Shown here: positions 61,224 through 64,000 of the stretch, piece after piece | How the letters are laid out: each line of letters begins with the position of its first letter | Numbering within the stretch: the first letter of the stretch is position 1 | NCBI GenBank assembly: GCA_051362555.1 | Contig: CM120641.1 | Location: 44,708,401-44,772,400, forward strand | DNA: 64,000 nt | Source of the DNA: Lingula anatina | Taxonomy: Eukaryota; Animalia; Brachiopoda | Reading direction: 5' to 3' | Made by a program: the position numbers and the translations under genes | The notes under the pieces: model-generated | The model's input: only the letters and a program-made list of their open reading frames with translations | Told to the model about the DNA's origin: nothing | The model's database searches: none

Positions 61224-61332
61224 CATCTTGATTTGTTGCTACAAACTTGCATAACTGGCTGTCTGGTAATGTTGCACAAGACTTTACCAGTTCTACGGGC
61301 AGATTTATGTCCAATTTTGAAATTTTCAGCAT
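61224..61332 (-). CDS. Shared (constant) coding exon 1 with probable start codon
   Basis: ttttcag acceptor at 61341, ATG at 61332, MLKISKLDINLPVELVKSCATLPDSQLCKFVATNQD G|gtaagc; phase 1 fits the next exon (GEFQH...). Confidence 0.8.
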
Positions 61333-61829
61333 ATCGTTTTCTGAAAATATAAACAAGAGATACAATGCAACCACCACTAGATACAATGAAACCCATTTAG
61401 TGTATTTTGAAAAATTTACCTCAGGGAGTTGGATGTATACGTGAATTCAAGACGTATAATGCATTCTTATTGTTTCAGCTGCTGTGGCATACAGGTACAT
61501 GCTTTTTAAAAATTCGTACGAGAAAAACGTCTTTTAATAATTATAAACATACATGCTTTAACGTAGCTAATTACTTTTAAGATTTTTGCTAAGTTACTTA
61601 AGATGTTGCATTCAGCAGGTCAAATAAACGATTGATATTTTTTCCAAAAGGACGCTATGAACTTGGAAAGAAATATTTGCCACCACGTAGCCGGCGCGGT
61701 CCTTGACCTACTTTGAAAACAAAGGATGATGTACATTTCACTTCTCTTTTCTCAGCAATAACAAAAGAATCACGATAAAAACTAATTTTTTCTACTTCTT
61801 GAGGGCATATAGTAAAGCCATGCGTACTA

Positions 61830-61920
61830 ACCTTTGTGATCACGGCGTAGAAGACTAAAATAAATGGATTAATCTTCAGAATTCATTCGAGCACCTGTCC
61901 GCCATTTCTTCATTGAATAA
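61830..61920 (-). promoter_or_regulatory. Candidate TSS region / non-coding first exon with YY1-type motif
   Basis: AAATGGCGG on the minus strand (61907-61899), locally more CpG, candidate donor AAAG|gttagt near 61832; all three frames contain stops. Confidence 0.4.
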
Positions 61921-62321
61921 TAGTCAGCTCTCTCTCATCAGCCACAGTTTCGAACTTTCTCATAAAGGAAAGTGCGTTTTAACCTGAAGCATCGTTTGAG
62001 TTCAAGTTTTTGTAGAAAGAACGATTGACAACTCGATTAAAATATTGGAAAATAATAAAAATTCTCAAATCATTTATATATTTTTTACTTGTATATTTTA
62101 GAAAGATGACAGAAAATGATAAAAAAGTATTGGCTATTTTAATTGTAATTAAAATTAAAAGATTCAGAAAAGTCAGTTAAGCTCATCGCTGTTAGGCTCA
62201 TCACCTCTACCTGGTGATGCACCTTGTTTAAAGGCAGACAAAAAATGTTGGGGGGGGGGGATCCTAAGACCATCATATTGTAAGCTTTTACAAATAGGCC
62301 AATAAACAATGTATTACTTGT

Positions 62322-62479
62322 GGGGGCGTCTCGATAGTCCGAAGGTTCATTGGTCCGAAAAGTGGTAACATTTTCATCGCTTTTTTAATCAAGGGTTCAT
62401 TGGTCCGAAGGTTCTATAGTGAATATTCGGACCAATGAACCTTCGGACTATTGAACCTTCGGACTATTGCTACGGCCCC
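62322..62479. mobile_element. MITE with 8-bp target-site duplication (hAT-like)
   Basis: TTACTTGT at 62314-62321 and 62480-62487; internal inverted GTCCGAAGGTTC / GAACCTTCGGAC repeats. Confidence 0.7.
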
Positions 62480-64000
62480 TTACTTGTTACATGTACATAT
62501 CTACTAGTACTACAATGTATGGGGCATATATTAAGTAGGGTCTTTTAACTGTTCAATATACTGGTTGAAAAAAAAATTGCTCTACACAAAATTTACTAGT
62601 ATTTATTACAAATGATGAATTTTACCCAAATACAAAGATTAAGTATCTTTTTCTTCTTTCAAACAGTTGTCATTAATATATACTAGAACAAGATGACACA
62701 TCAAATTCATTCATTTATTAATTGACTCACCCATTTATTCATTCATACCAGTACACTCTTTAAACAACTGTTCTTATTTTGTAGTACTTTTACAGAACAT
62801 TAGTGGGCAATGATTCTTAGCAACAATTCCAATATTGTGGAGGCATATTTACAATATAACTAATAAAATGACTAAATGATCCATCCATTAGCTGTCACAA
62901 TTACATATTTCTCCTTAGAGCAATTATAAACATACAATGACTAGTATGACTTTAAATAACAACAAAGGAGAAGACAAATGAAAGTAATATCAAACCTTAC
63001 AAAAATGTAAACAAAAATGTTTCCCTTATTTCACTGTTGCATTCATGCTTTAAACGTTATCACCGAGAAAAAAACCCTGGCCAAAGATAACATTTCAATA
63101 AAAATTTACTCAAATGTAACAGTGGTCAAGTTTTTCTCCCTGAGGACTAATCTTGCTACTTTCATTAAATGTATTTATCTTCACGCATAATATGTATCAG
63201 TGATCAATGGATCAAAACAGATAACACAGTTCATAGAAAGACTTAATGAACAATATAAAAAAATATATAAATATATACTTGCATAAATGTGTGATGTTAT
63301 TTTTCTTAAGTTCTAATCAGCAATTTGTATAAAAGACCAAATTTACTTTTCACATTAACACACCTAATTAGACAATAGTGAGATTTCCATTTAAACACAA
63401 ATTCATTATTTACTAGAACAACTACAGAAGGTATCACTTACCCCCTAGCTAGTAAAAAAACAAGATATCAAGGTTACATGTTATATTTACTGACATTACA
63501 GTTAGGGGTGGAGGTCATAAATTAATAAAATTTTCCTAGCCAACATGTCACATTTCATTGAATCTTTACAAACATCTACCAGTATATACAATGAAATGTT
63601 TGATACATATTGTACATGTACAAACAAACATAACAAAAATTCTGTAAAGTCTGCCCACAGTTGTATGGGCAGTTAAGACTTACCCAAAGTGTCAAGATCA
63701 ATGGATTTCATAGTATAAAATAATCTGTGGGTCAAGTTATCAACTTAAATTTCTTTTGGTACAAAATTTGGTCCACTTCAGTTTGAAAGCACACAAGTTA
63801 TAAACAAGCTTATGTAAAGCTCATTATTTCTAAACATCACATATAAAAGTTCAAAATATACAACAGGATGCTTTTATTTAACAAACATATACAAAGAAAG
63901 TGCAAGACATGCATATTATCATAAACTATCAAAAGATTATGGCAAATAATAAATAATACTGTATAAACAATTCTTAATTTTACATTTGTTCTAGATAAAT

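Larger units (their letters stand above)
8587..61332 (-). other. Multi-isoform transcription-factor locus: shared 5' exons, at least 32 alternative zinc-finger terminal exons and one BEN module (lola/mod(mdg4)-like architecture, non-BTB)
   Basis: One phase-0 donor at 59705/59704 is frame-compatible with all 33 downstream acceptors; every module has its own stop codon; none has its own upstream coding exon. Confidence 0.85.

Noticed and set aside
61655-61843. 62-aa ORF as an upstream coding exon
   Set aside because: GTG start, no recognisable motif; upstream frames are closed and candidate donors put stops in frame with the next exon, so it is treated as 5' UTR or intron.
62500-64000. Possible 3' UTR of a neighbouring gene
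   Set aside because: AT-rich sequence without coding or other diagnostic signal inside the window.

Overview
AT-rich animal genomic DNA with spliceosomal introns (a lophotrochozoan such as a mollusc is an inference from the repeat types, not shown). The window is dominated by one ~53-kb minus-strand locus. Two shared coding exons (61332-61224, 60699-59705) encode an ~85-aa N-terminal domain I cannot assign (no BTB/ZAD/KRAB/SCAN motif) plus a disordered linker, and end at one phase-0 donor. Downstream lie 32 separate C2H2/C2HC zinc-finger exons, each starting at a phase-0 AG acceptor and ending in its own stop codon, then a three-exon BEN-domain module that also starts in phase 0. This is the 'constant N-terminus + array of alternative DNA-binding C-termini' design of Drosophila lola/mod(mdg4), but apparently without BTB. 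Also present: a complete 7-exon short-prodomain caspase gene (7543-1353, minus) with an insertion and an Arg-to-Lys change in the S1 pocket; a degenerate tyrosine-recombinase retrotransposon with split direct repeats inserted into a MITE; a Helentron-like element carrying a 146-bp satellite; a deleted Tc1; a THAP-remnant DNA transposon; and several MITEs. All exon boundaries and translations were derived by hand and have no transcript support.
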